Below, piece by piece: positions 40,988 through 50,900 of a stretch of 64,000 nucleotides of DNA. The translations under genes were made by a program, and so were the position numbers. Each line of letters begins with the position of its first letter. The first letter of the stretch is position 1. Location: positions 32,001 through 96,000 of the forward strand of contig CBDDCA010000002.1 in the NCBI GenBank assembly GCA_965226055.1, read 5' to 3'. The DNA is from Spirochaetia bacterium. Lineage in GTDB: Bacteria; Spirochaetota; Spirochaetia; WTKD01; G963693115. The notes below the pieces were generated by a model that ran no database searches, had not been told where the DNA came from, and saw only the letters and a program-made list of their open reading frames with translations.

Positions 40988-43900
40988 ATGAAAAAAAGTA
41001 ATGAAAAACTAAACTATCAGATAAATAGTAAGCTGAACATATTTATAGTTGTTGCGCTATTTTTAGTGCTAGCAATGACTATCCTCGTACTCGTAGGATG
41101 TTCGGAGGGCAGTAGCAGTTCATCAGGCGGAGGGGGAAAACAGGTAACACCGACACTCGCATCAGTGTCCAATGTGCAGATAGAATCAGCAAGCAACGAT
41201 GGGACGCTCTCGTTACGCTGGCAAGCTCCCAGCGAAGCCACGCATGTAGTCGTAAAAGCTACATCAACAACGCCAGCACAATCAATAGAAGTGCGTGTTC
41301 CTGCAATAGAATATCGTACATTGTTTCAACAAAACAGACCCTACACCCTCAGAGGCTTGCATGCTACTACCGATTATACTGTAGAGATAGAAGCCCAGAA
41401 GTCAAACTCAGGCTCAGATACAGAAGTATCACCAAAAACAACCCGCTCTGTGACAACATTGACAGATACAACGAAACCTCAAGATACCTTCAACAAGGTA
41501 GCAGTAGAATCAGCAACAAATGGCATAAAGATAACATGGGACAAAGCACTGCTCTCGTCAGGCAAAACAGACATAGCAGAAGCCATAGTACAGGTGATAG
41601 AAAGCACCACTAATGTAAAGACAGAAGTAACAGTACAAGATGTAACACAAGGAGAAGTAACTATTGCAGTGCCCACCATAGACGGCATAAGCTATGATGT
41701 AGTAGTAGTATACAGAGATAGCAATGGCAACGAAAGCACGGCAAAGCAAGCGCTCAGAGGCATAGTGCCATCAGCACTCTCACAAACAGTAGCAGCACTG
41801 CCAGAGGCAGATCTTACAGTAACAGCAAACGATAAAAGCAATAGCCCAGCCGATGAAAGCCTGCTTATTACGTGGGGAAACTTTACCTTTACAGATAAAA
41901 ATCTCCAAGTACGAGTGATAGCAACAGCAACAAATACTCTCATAGCATACGAAACAGTGAGCAATAGTAGTACAGCCAAACTCAGTTCTGCAAGTGCAGA
42001 CAACCAGGAGTACGCCACTGTATATGTAGCAAAGGACGGTATAGCACTCACAAAACTTTACGGCACGCTTACTTACAAAGTAGAAGTGTATGTTTCTAAA
42101 AATGGAAAGTACTCCACTGCAGTGTCAAAAGAACAAGCAACAACAGACAAAAGCACAGAGCCTGTAAGCAATGTGAGTGCAGTAGGAGGAGCAGATAGCA
42201 TAGTAGTCGGCTGGCAAGCCCCCGATGTAAGAGACTATGCAGGAGTGACTATAACAGTAACAGAAAAAGACGGTCCTGCAAAGACAGTAACAATAACAGA
42301 GAGAACACTAAGAAACACGCAGATAACAGGCCTCAAAGCCACTACCGAGTACAGCATAGCAGTACAGTCACAAGATTACACAGGCAACAAAGGAGCAAAA
42401 ATAACAGCAACCACCACCACAGTAGATGATGGCATCGCCCCCGATGCAGTAACAAGCATACAAGCAAGCTATCCCTTTGTATCACCCACAAAGATAAGCA
42501 CACAGATAACATGGACAGCCCCCGATACAACAAAAGCCAATAACAAAGACATAAAAGAATACAGCGTAAGCATAGCAGAAAAAGGCACAAGCACCACAGT
42601 AGTAAATGAGAAAAAAGTAGCCTATCCCACAACAGCACTCTCTGTAGAAGAACTCACACAAGGAAAAACATACACCATAACAATACAAGCAATAGACTAT
42701 GCAGGAAATAAAAGCACACAAGCGACAAAAGACATAACTACTCCGCAACCCACAGCTCCGTCAGAAGATCTTTTTCAAAACAAGCCTAGCTTAGACACAA
42801 CAGGAGCAATACAAATAAAAGCAACCTTTAAGCAAGCTCCAGGCATAGGAAGCTACTACACTCTGCGTATGTACGATGGAGCTACACTGGTAGCAGAAAA
42901 AAGCATAACAGCAAGTGTAACAGCCATTAGCTTTGGGATAGCAGATGGCTTGGAAGTACCTAAGGTACAAGCAAATGCCAAGAATTATCGCTTTACCTTT
43001 TTGACAATAGCAAATAACATAGTAAGCCCTGTAACTACTCTTTCCGATACTGTGGCAGTATACGATAGTACCTCAACAGCACCGCCCGCTGCAAAAGATG
43101 CAAAGCTCTCCGTAGAGTCAGTAACACAAGTAACAGCAACAGCAGTCTATACATTTAGTGCAGGAGATATTACTGATACTAACAAAGCACCCAGTGGAAG
43201 CAAACTTACACAGGCACAAATACAGTACAAAGTATACATAGCAGAGGGAGATCACAGCACAAAAACACTAGAGGCAATAAAAGGCCTTGCAGGAGTACAA
43301 ACACAGAATATAGCAGGAGACAGTACCTTACAAGTAAGATTTATAGGAACGAAAGGAGCAGACTATACTGCAGGAGTAGAAGCGATAAACAGCCTCAATC
43401 CCTCGTATAGCATAGGAACATCAGCAACAATAAAGAAAGCAACGCTTACCGCACCACCAAATACCCCAAAAAGCACCACCTACACTAACAGTAACGCAGT
43501 GGTATTTGCAGTGCCTAGCACAGGAAGCAATAGAGGGAAAAAAGTCATAACAGTACAGCTTAATGCCTCAGCAATAGCAGGAGTGAGCAAGGCAAATGGC
43601 AATGCCCTTGAAGCGACAGACCTTGCCTACTATGTGCTATACCTCAAGAAAGAAGATACCACAGGAAAGCCTGCCAGTGTATCAGCACTATGGGCAACAG
43701 AGAAAAGCAGTGTAAAAGTAGCAAAATACACAAAAGCAACAGGAACAACTCAATCAACCATATCCATAGCAATAGTGGACAGCACCAGTGGAAGCAGTGC
43801 AGGAGCAACGCCCATAGAAACAGCAAAAGATTACTACATAGGAGTGAGGATAGTAAACACAACATCACCCAATTACGATGCAACAAATAGTGACAAACTC

Positions 43901-45700
43901 TTTCCTGCAGGCTTTTACACCGATGTAACAGAAATAAAGGAAATCTATACTTCCAAAGCAGTAGCACCAAATCAGTCATTACTAGCAGGAAAGTTGGTAG
44001 TATCACAGTCAACAAATACTACAGGCACAATAAAGCTGGTACTTACCGAGTTAAGCACATTTACAGGAGCAAAAGACTACGATGGCACAAACATAACAGC
44101 AAATAACAAGCTAGTATACACCGTGTATGGCTTACAGAAAGACACTGACCCTACAGTAGCAGAAGTACTTGCAGGCAGAAAGATAGATATAGGCAGTGTA
44201 AGTAGCGGAGTGTACACAGTACCAGCCCTTGCCAGTTTAGGTTTGTCTGCAGACACAGCACCAGTAGTAGCAATAAAAGGAGCGACAAAGTATTACTTTG
44301 TGGTAGAAGTAGCAGTAAAAACAGATACAAGTAAAAAAGCAGTATCGTCAGTGGCAAGTGTAACAACCGCATCACAAGCGACAGCCCCAGCAGAAGTATC
44401 AACTATACAAACAAGAGTAGCCCAGACAGGTGGCATGAGAGTATCGTGGACAGCTCCCAGCCTCAGTGCAAGCCACAAAACAAACAAAGGAGCTACCCTA
44501 ACAGTTGCACAAGTATCGTACAAGGTATATAGCATTGCCAAAAGTGGCGATACAACAAGAAGCGTAGCACAGATAAAAGCAAATGCTAATACAGCAACAA
44601 AAAACATAGCAGCAGGAACAACAAACACTACCCTGACAGGATTGACAAACGGAACGACCTACGAAATAGTCGTACAAGCAGTAAACAGCACCGATGACAC
44701 AAAAGCATCGACAGGAGAACGCCACGAGTTTGAAGCAAGAGGAATAGCTATAGGAAACACTAGCATAGTATCAGCAACAGTAGGTACAGCACTAGCATCA
44801 AATACTACAAGAGTACTAGCAAGCACACCCAGTGGCAATGCCTTTACCTGTGATGCAAACATACTGGAGGCAGACGCAGAGAAAATCAAAAAAGAAACAG
44901 GCCTTACAGTATCGTTTGAACAGAGTAGCAAAACAGTTACCATAACAGGCATAGCAAATAAGTCCAATATACGAGATACTGCTATTACTGAATATAGCTA
45001 TGATGTAGCACAGTGTACCCTTACTGCATCAAAGAAAAAAGTGCCAGCCACTATCGTGATACAGACAGAGCTAAGAACAGCACCATCAGGAAAAGCAGAG
45101 GCCTATTACAGACCAACAACAAAATCAGCACTACAAACTATTATCAATGAAGAAAAGACAAGACAAGCTACAGGAGGAAACAACAACCCTAGCCCCAACC
45201 TTAACATGATAGATACCAGTGCTATTACTGATATGAGTCTGTTATTTAGGGATGATAGTACTTTTAATGGGGACATAACACAGTGGAATACAAGTAATGT
45301 AAATACTATTTCATATATGTTTTCTAAAGCAAGTGTTTTTAATCAAAATATAGGAAGCTGGAATACAAGTAAAGTTACTGATATGGGTGGTGTTTTTGAT
45401 AAAGCAAGTGCTTTTAATCAAAATATAGGAAGCTGGAATACAAGTAAAGTTACTACTATAGGTGGTATGTTTGCTGATGCTACTGCTTTTAATCAAGATA
45501 TAGGAAACTGGAATGTAAAGAATGTTACTGCTTTACTTGCTATATTTTACAATGCTTCTGCATTTGATCAAGATTTATCATCATGGATATTTTGTGGTGC
45601 ATCAACAAGTTCCCTTGATTTCAAAAATTCGGCTATGGATGGGAAAACAGCAAAGTATCCAACATTCAAGCGAGCAGATGATCCAGCATGTACATCATAG
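40988..45700 (+). CDS. Giant surface lipoprotein B (FN3-like stalk plus BspA/DUF285 tip), intact
   Basis: SD aaggag; LVGC lipobox; FN3 motifs (W.AP...GL...T.Y); 25-aa FNQ.IG.WN..V repeats; paralog of A. Confidence 0.92.
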   Translation: MKKSNEKLNYQINSKLNIFIVVALFLVLAMTILVLVGCSEGSSSSSGGGGKQVTPTLASVSNVQIESASNDGTLSLRWQAPSEATHVVVKATSTTPAQSIEVRVPAIEYRTLFQQNRPYTLRGLHATTDYTVEIEAQKSNSGSDTEVSPKTTRSVTTLTDTTKPQDTFNKVAVESATNGIKITWDKALLSSGKTDIAEAIVQVIESTTNVKTEVTVQDVTQGEVTIAVPTIDGISYDVVVVYRDSNGNESTAKQALRGIVPSALSQTVAALPEADLTVTANDKSNSPADESLLITWGNFTFTDKNLQVRVIATATNTLIAYETVSNSSTAKLSSASADNQEYATVYVAKDGIALTKLYGTLTYKVEVYVSKNGKYSTAVSKEQATTDKSTEPVSNVSAVGGADSIVVGWQAPDVRDYAGVTITVTEKDGPAKTVTITERTLRNTQITGLKATTEYSIAVQSQDYTGNKGAKITATTTTVDDGIAPDAVTSIQASYPFVSPTKISTQITWTAPDTTKANNKDIKEYSVSIAEKGTSTTVVNEKKVAYPTTALSVEELTQGKTYTITIQAIDYAGNKSTQATKDITTPQPTAPSEDLFQNKPSLDTTGAIQIKATFKQAPGIGSYYTLRMYDGATLVAEKSITASVTAISFGIADGLEVPKVQANAKNYRFTFLTIANNIVSPVTTLSDTVAVYDSTSTAPPAAKDAKLSVESVTQVTATAVYTFSAGDITDTNKAPSGSKLTQAQIQYKVYIAEGDHSTKTLEAIKGLAGVQTQNIAGDSTLQVRFIGTKGADYTAGVEAINSLNPSYSIGTSATIKKATLTAPPNTPKSTTYTNSNAVVFAVPSTGSNRGKKVITVQLNASAIAGVSKANGNALEATDLAYYVLYLKKEDTTGKPASVSALWATEKSSVKVAKYTKATGTTQSTISIAIVDSTSGSSAGATPIETAKDYYIGVRIVNTTSPNYDATNSDKLFPAGFYTDVTEIKEIYTSKAVAPNQSLLAGKLVVSQSTNTTGTIKLVLTELSTFTGAKDYDGTNITANNKLVYTVYGLQKDTDPTVAEVLAGRKIDIGSVSSGVYTVPALASLGLSADTAPVVAIKGATKYYFVVEVAVKTDTSKKAVSSVASVTTASQATAPAEVSTIQTRVAQTGGMRVSWTAPSLSASHKTNKGATLTVAQVSYKVYSIAKSGDTTRSVAQIKANANTATKNIAAGTTNTTLTGLTNGTTYEIVVQAVNSTDDTKASTGERHEFEARGIAIGNTSIVSATVGTALASNTTRVLASTPSGNAFTCDANILEADAEKIKKETGLTVSFEQSSKTVTITGIANKSNIRDTAITEYSYDVAQCTLTASKKKVPATIVIQTELRTAPSGKAEAYYRPTTKSALQTIINEEKTRQATGGNNNPSPNLNMIDTSAITDMSLLFRDDSTFNGDITQWNTSNVNTISYMFSKASVFNQNIGSWNTSKVTDMGGVFDKASAFNQNIGSWNTSKVTTIGGMFADATAFNQDIGNWNVKNVTALLAIFYNASAFDQDLSSWIFCGASTSSLDFKNSAMDGKTAKYPTFKRADDPACTS

Positions 45701-45719
45701 TAGATACATAGAAATACAC

Positions 45720-45755
45720 CTATAGCAAGAAAGGAATGTTCCTTTCTTGCTATAG
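45720..45755 (+). terminator. Strong hairpin after lipoprotein B
   Basis: ctatagcaagaaaggaa-tg-ttcctttcttgctatag, 17-bp perfect inverted repeat. Confidence 0.75.
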
Positions 45756-45835
45756 AACCTCAAGAGTAGCAAAAAAGTATTTCTAAGGCATTTTTGATAG
45801 AGCGTACGAGAAAGTAATACTCCATGAATCTGCAA

Positions 45836-45868
45836 CTCCTTTGTCGCAATTAGTCCTTGAATCCGCAG
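45836..45868 (+). mobile_element. Solo IS30-family end with IRL-like inner and IRR-like outer part
   Basis: ctcctttgtcgca (IRL side) joined to attagtccttgaatccgcag (IRR side). Confidence 0.88.
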
Positions 45869-46417
45869 AATGCGAGTAGGGAACAGAGAAGTGAATATAA
45901 AGAAATAAATAGTAGAATAGAAAAACTACAGATGTTTACAGTAGAAATTAAGGGAGAAATATCTCAAACTCGGAAAGATGTAGATACAATTAAAGAAGAA
46001 GTATCTCAAATTCGGAAAGATGTAGATACAATGAAAGGGGAAATATCTCAAATTCGGAAAGAGGTAGATGTAGTTAAAGGAGAGGTATCTCAAATTCGGA
46101 AAGAGGTAGATACAGTTAAAGGAGAGGTATCTCAAATTCGGAAAGAGGTAGATATAGTTAAAGGAGAAGTATCTCAAATTCGGAAAGATGTAGATACAAT
46201 GAAAGGGGAAATATCTCAAATTCGGAAGGATGTAGATACATTAGAGGATAGGCAGACAAAACTAATAAATGAAATAACGAATAGAAATAGTGAAGCAGAT
46301 GGATTTAGTAAAATAGAAGCAGGTATGATAAGAATGTTTGCAAAAAATGCTGACAAAAAAGGGTTATTAGACGATAAAAGCGAATATAGTGATAAAAACG
46401 ATAATAATGAATCGTAG
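45857..46417 (+). CDS. Coiled-coil tandem-repeat protein, probably 5'-truncated at the IS end
   Basis: The called TTG start lies inside the IS end; no SD; 7 x 14-aa repeats. Confidence 0.6.
   Translation: MNPQNASREQRSEYKEINSRIEKLQMFTVEIKGEISQTRKDVDTIKEEVSQIRKDVDTMKGEISQIRKEVDVVKGEVSQIRKEVDTVKGEVSQIRKEVDIVKGEVSQIRKDVDTMKGEISQIRKDVDTLEDRQTKLINEITNRNSEADGFSKIEAGMIRMFAKNADKKGLLDDKSEYSDKNDNNES
45950..46243 (+). repeat. 7 x 42-bp coding tandem repeat
   Basis: KGE(I/V)SQIRK(D/E)VD(T/V/I)x units; tatctcaaattcggaaaga recurring every 42 bp. Confidence 0.95.
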
Positions 46418-46564
46418 TATAGTGTTTATTGATATACACTAAACACTGTTACATGTAATGTTATCTTGCCTCTTTTTCAACAAACTCAGTACGAGTGTTA
46501 GTTTTTCAATGTAATCTGCTAAGAGTTCACTAGTGAGTATATGCAATTCCCAAAGATATGCAAT

Positions 46565-46593
46565 TTGACATGTATATACCGCTACTCTATACT
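46565..46593 (+). promoter_or_regulatory. sigma70 promoter of carAB
   Basis: TTGACA-17nt-TATACT. Confidence 0.7.
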
Positions 46594-46723
46594 TACTATA
46601 GGGACTTACTAAAGGGATTACTGAAAGGTTGCCAATTATTACTTTGAGGCTATATGGTATACTCTCATCCCTGTAGTAATGTAATTGTGGTGATGGGATA
46701 AATAGAAAAGAAGGTATGTATTC

Positions 46724-47905
46724 ATGCAAAGAGAAGCTATATTATTACTTGACGATACCATGTTTTTTCGTGGAATTTCTTTTGCGTATCCTGCATATAC
46801 ATTGGAAAAACTTGAAGAAAATATAAAAAAACAAAATTTTCATGGAGTAGGAGAACTCATATTTACCACATCTATGTCTGGATATGTAGAGTATATGACT
46901 GACCCTTCGTATACAGGACAAATTATTTGTTCTACCTATCCACTTGTAGGAAATTATGGGGTAGAGGATGAGTGGTCAGAATCGAGTAATACAGTACATT
47001 CTAACTATATTTCTCTCTCTGCACTTGTTGTACATGAACTATATAGAGGCCCAGTGATAAATAATAGAAAAACGCTTGAAGAATGGATGCTAGAACAGTC
47101 TATTCTGGGATTAGAAAAAGTAGATACAAGAGGACTTACAAAATATATACGAGACAAAGGTGCAAAGAATGCAGCAATAGTATCATTAGATCCTAGTAAT
47201 GCAAACGAAATACAAAGAGCTGCTCAGTTGTTATCTCAATTACCTCCTATGGAAGGACGAAATTTAGTTTCTTCTCTTGCTACTCAATGGCAAGAATATA
47301 ATCCACATGGAGAAGAAATATGCACAGTAATAGTATATAATTGTGGAACAAAGAACAATATTATACATCTTTTAAGAGAAAAAAATTGTAAGGTTATCGT
47401 TGCTCCAAATAATGCCAGCTCTGAAGAAATACTTGCAAGAAATCCCGATATGGTATTAGTATCAAATGGTCCTGGTGATCCTGCTGTGTTGAATGAACAA
47501 GTAAATGTTATTTGCAATCTTCATGAAAAAACAGTGTTGTGCGGTATTTGTTTAGGAAATCAATTATTGGGACTATCCCTTGGTGCAAGAACATATAAAA
47601 TGGTGTTTGGGCATCATGGGGTAAATCATCCAGTACAAGATATGCTAAGTTCGAAATTATATATAACCAGTCAAAATCATGGCTTTGCACTTGATGAGAA
47701 AAGTTTACCAAAAGGATCGGATATATGGTTTAGAAATATAAACGATAACAGCGTGGAAGGTTTTTTTAATCAGCAAAAAAAAGTATACAGTGTTCAATTT
47801 CATCCTGAAGCATGTCCAGGACCAACAGATGCAAATTGGATATTTGATTTTTTTATTCAAAAAGCAATACTGCTTAAAACGCAAAAACATAAAAATGAAA
47901 TATAG
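46724..47905 (+). CDS. carA: Carbamoyl-phosphate synthase small subunit
   Basis: TDPSY.GQ, SNGPGDP, GICLG.Q, TSQNHG, VQFHPEACPGP. Confidence 0.97.
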   Translation: MQREAILLLDDTMFFRGISFAYPAYTLEKLEENIKKQNFHGVGELIFTTSMSGYVEYMTDPSYTGQIICSTYPLVGNYGVEDEWSESSNTVHSNYISLSALVVHELYRGPVINNRKTLEEWMLEQSILGLEKVDTRGLTKYIRDKGAKNAAIVSLDPSNANEIQRAAQLLSQLPPMEGRNLVSSLATQWQEYNPHGEEICTVIVYNCGTKNNIIHLLREKNCKVIVAPNNASSEEILARNPDMVLVSNGPGDPAVLNEQVNVICNLHEKTVLCGICLGNQLLGLSLGARTYKMVFGHHGVNHPVQDMLSSKLYITSQNHGFALDEKSLPKGSDIWFRNINDNSVEGFFNQQKKVYSVQFHPEACPGPTDANWIFDFFIQKAILLKTQKHKNEI

Positions 47906-47940
47906 AATTTCGTTTTTGTAACAGGATGGAAAAATAATAT

Positions 47941-50900
47941 ATGCCTAAAAGAGAAGATTTAGAGAAAATACTTATTATTGGTTCAGGTCCTATTATTATT
48001 GGACAAGCGTGTGAATTTGATTATTCAGGAAATCAAGCAGTACGAGCATTAAAAGAAGAAGGCTATACTGTTATTCTTCATAATCCTAATCCTGCCACTA
48101 TTATGACAACACCGGGAAATGCACATATAGTGTATTTTGATCCTTTAGAACCTGAGTATCTTATAGATATATTAAAAAAAGAAAAACCTGATGCTATTCT
48201 TCCTACTATGGGGGGACAAAATGCCCTTAACCTTATTATGTCTTTTGAAGAAGGGCAGCTTGAAAATGATTATAATGTTGAGTTGATAGGGGCAGGGTTA
48301 AAAAGTATTTCTCTTGCTGAAGATAGAGGTTTATTTAAGAATCTTATGACTACTATAGGATTACAAAGCCCTGTTTCGGCACTTGTAAAGTACGAAAGAG
48401 AAGCTCTCAAAGTAATTGATCAGGTAGGCTTTCCTGTTATTATCCGTCCTAGTTTTACATTAGGAGGACAAGGGGGGAGTATTGCTTATCATCAGAAAGA
48501 ATTTTCAGAGAAACTTGAAAAAGCTTTGCGTCGTTCGCCTGTAGGTACTGCATTAGTGGAAGAATCTCTTCTTGGTTATCAAGAGTTTGAGTTTGAAGTG
48601 ATGCGGGATAAAGAAGACAATGCTCTTGTAGTATGTGCTATTGAAAATATTGATCCTATGGGAGTACATACTGGCGATAGTATTACTGTTGCACCTGTAC
48701 AGACATTGTCTGATGCTGAGTATCAGGTACTGCGAAGTGCTTCTATTGATATTCTTCGTGCAGTTGGGGTAGAATGTGGAGGATCAAATGTACAGTTTGC
48801 ATACAATCAAGCTACAAAACGACTATTAGTCATTGAAATGAATCCGAGAGTATCACGTTCTTCTGCTTTAGCAAGCAAAGTTACTGGGTTTCCTATTGCG
48901 TGGTCTGCCGCTAAACTTGCGGTAGGATATACCTTGAATGAGATAACAAATGAAATTACTAAAAATTCTACTTCATTTTTTGAACCTGCCCTTGATTATT
49001 GTGCTGTAAAGATTCCTCGTTTTGAGTTACAAAAATTTCCCATACATGAATTAAATACGCAAATGCGTTCTATAGGGGAAAGCCTTAGTTTTGGTACTAA
49101 TTTTTGTGAAGCATTGAATAAAGCAATAAGAGCAATAGAAATAGGCTATGATGGTATAGAAGAGGAGCTTCTATCTCATGAAGAGTTACAAGAAAAATTG
49201 CAGACATTGCATCCAAAGCGTATTTTTGCCATTTATACCAAGTTGTTACGAGAAGGAGAAGAATGTATTCAAAGTGTAAGTGAGCTTACTGGGTATCATC
49301 CTTGGGTATTGTATCAGTTGTTAAGGATATCAAATGTAGAAAAAAAATTAAAGGAATTGTCAAAAGATATACAGAGTGGTAATGTTTCGCAAGTATGTAT
49401 AGATACAATACGCACAGCGAAATATATGGGGTTTCTTAATGAGAAAATTGCTACACTACTTGGAGTAGAAGTAGAACGCATTGAAGAAATATTGCATGCC
49501 TATTCTATAAAAAAAGTATATCGTTGTGTGGATACATGTGCAGCTGAATTTAAGGCGAGTACCCCTTACTATTATGGAAGCTATATTGGAAGCACAGAAC
49601 ATGTTCCTGATAGTGATAAAAATATAGTGATACTTGGCAGTGGTCCTAATAGAATTGGGCAAGGCTTAGAGTTTGATGCTTGTTGTACTTTAGCTGCTTT
49701 TGCGTTTCAGAGAAGAGGTTTTTTGGTAACCATTATAAATAGTAATCCTGAGACAGTCTCTACAGATTATAATGTATCTAATAGTTTGTTTTTTGAGCCT
49801 CTTTCTGCTGAAGATGTATACGATGTGTTACAAGAGAAAAACACAAGAGATATGGTAGTACAGTTGGGAGGGCAAACTCCTATTACTATTATTAAAAAAT
49901 TACAATCAAAGGGTATTAAGCCTATTGGTACGAGTATTGATTCTATAGATATTGTTGAAAGCAGGAAACGCTTTCTTGATTTATTGTATGAAATACAAAA
50001 GGATGTTGATATAGATGTTATCCCAGGTGCTATAGTACATACTATTACAGAGGTAGCAGGTACTGCAGATACTATTGGATTTCCTATACTTATTCGTCCC
50101 TCATATGTTTTAGGAGGGCAATCTATGGTAGTTGTATATTCTCAAGAAGAGCTACAACGATATATTTCTGATAATAGTACTCATTTACAAGAAAATGATT
50201 TGCTTGTTGATAAATACTTAGAGAATGCAATAGAGTATGATGTGGACATTGTTAGTGATAGTGAATCTGTGTACATTGCAGGAATACTACGACATGTTGA
50301 ACATGCTGGAGTGCATTCTGGCGATTCTGCATGTGTCTTTGAGCCGAAGGTATTGCAAGATGAGATAGCTCATAAAATCTATGCTGCAAGTATTGCAATA
50401 GTCAAAAAACTATCAATTAAGGGATTATTGAACATTCAATTTGCAAGTGTAGGTGATAAGCTATATGTGTTAGAGGCTAACCCACGTTCTTCACGTACTG
50501 TCCCTTTTATTTCAAAAACATCAGGAGTAGATATTATTGATATGGCAGTTGCAATATGGACAGGAGAGAAATTGGATGAACAGCCAGTATTTAAGGAACG
50601 AGTAATGGAAGGGTATGAAAATCTTGCGGTTGGATATAGTGTAGAAGGGTATGCTATAAAAGAATCAGTCTTTAGTTTTGATAGATTTGATAATATTGAT
50701 CCTGCATTAGGGCCTGAGATGAGATCCACAGGAGAAGCAATAGGATTGGGGGATAGTTTTGGAGAAGCCTTTGCAAAGGCAAGTATGGTAGCTTCTACTC
50801 ATTTGCCACGAACAGGTACTGTGTGTATGTCTATTGCAGGGAAGTACAAATATAGTGTATTAGAGCAAGCACGGCAATGTATTGATTTAGGATTTGATAT

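Noticed and set aside
33204-45496. Many minus-strand ORFs antisense to the giant lipoproteins
   Set aside because: Shadow frames caused by biased codon usage; Leu/Cys-rich, no SD, no motifs
40834-45779. actttttgcta / tagcaaaaaagt inverted motif flanking lipoprotein B as recombinase sites
   Set aside because: Short, imperfect and low complexity; no site-specific recombinase nearby
45950-46243. Regular 42-bp periodicity as a CRISPR array
   Set aside because: No unique spacers; units are in-frame coding repeats; no cas genes
46600-46720. T-box, PyrR or ykkC element upstream of carA
   Set aside because: AGGGA/CTGAAAG and GGGATAAA fragments are present, but the defining consensus sequences are absent
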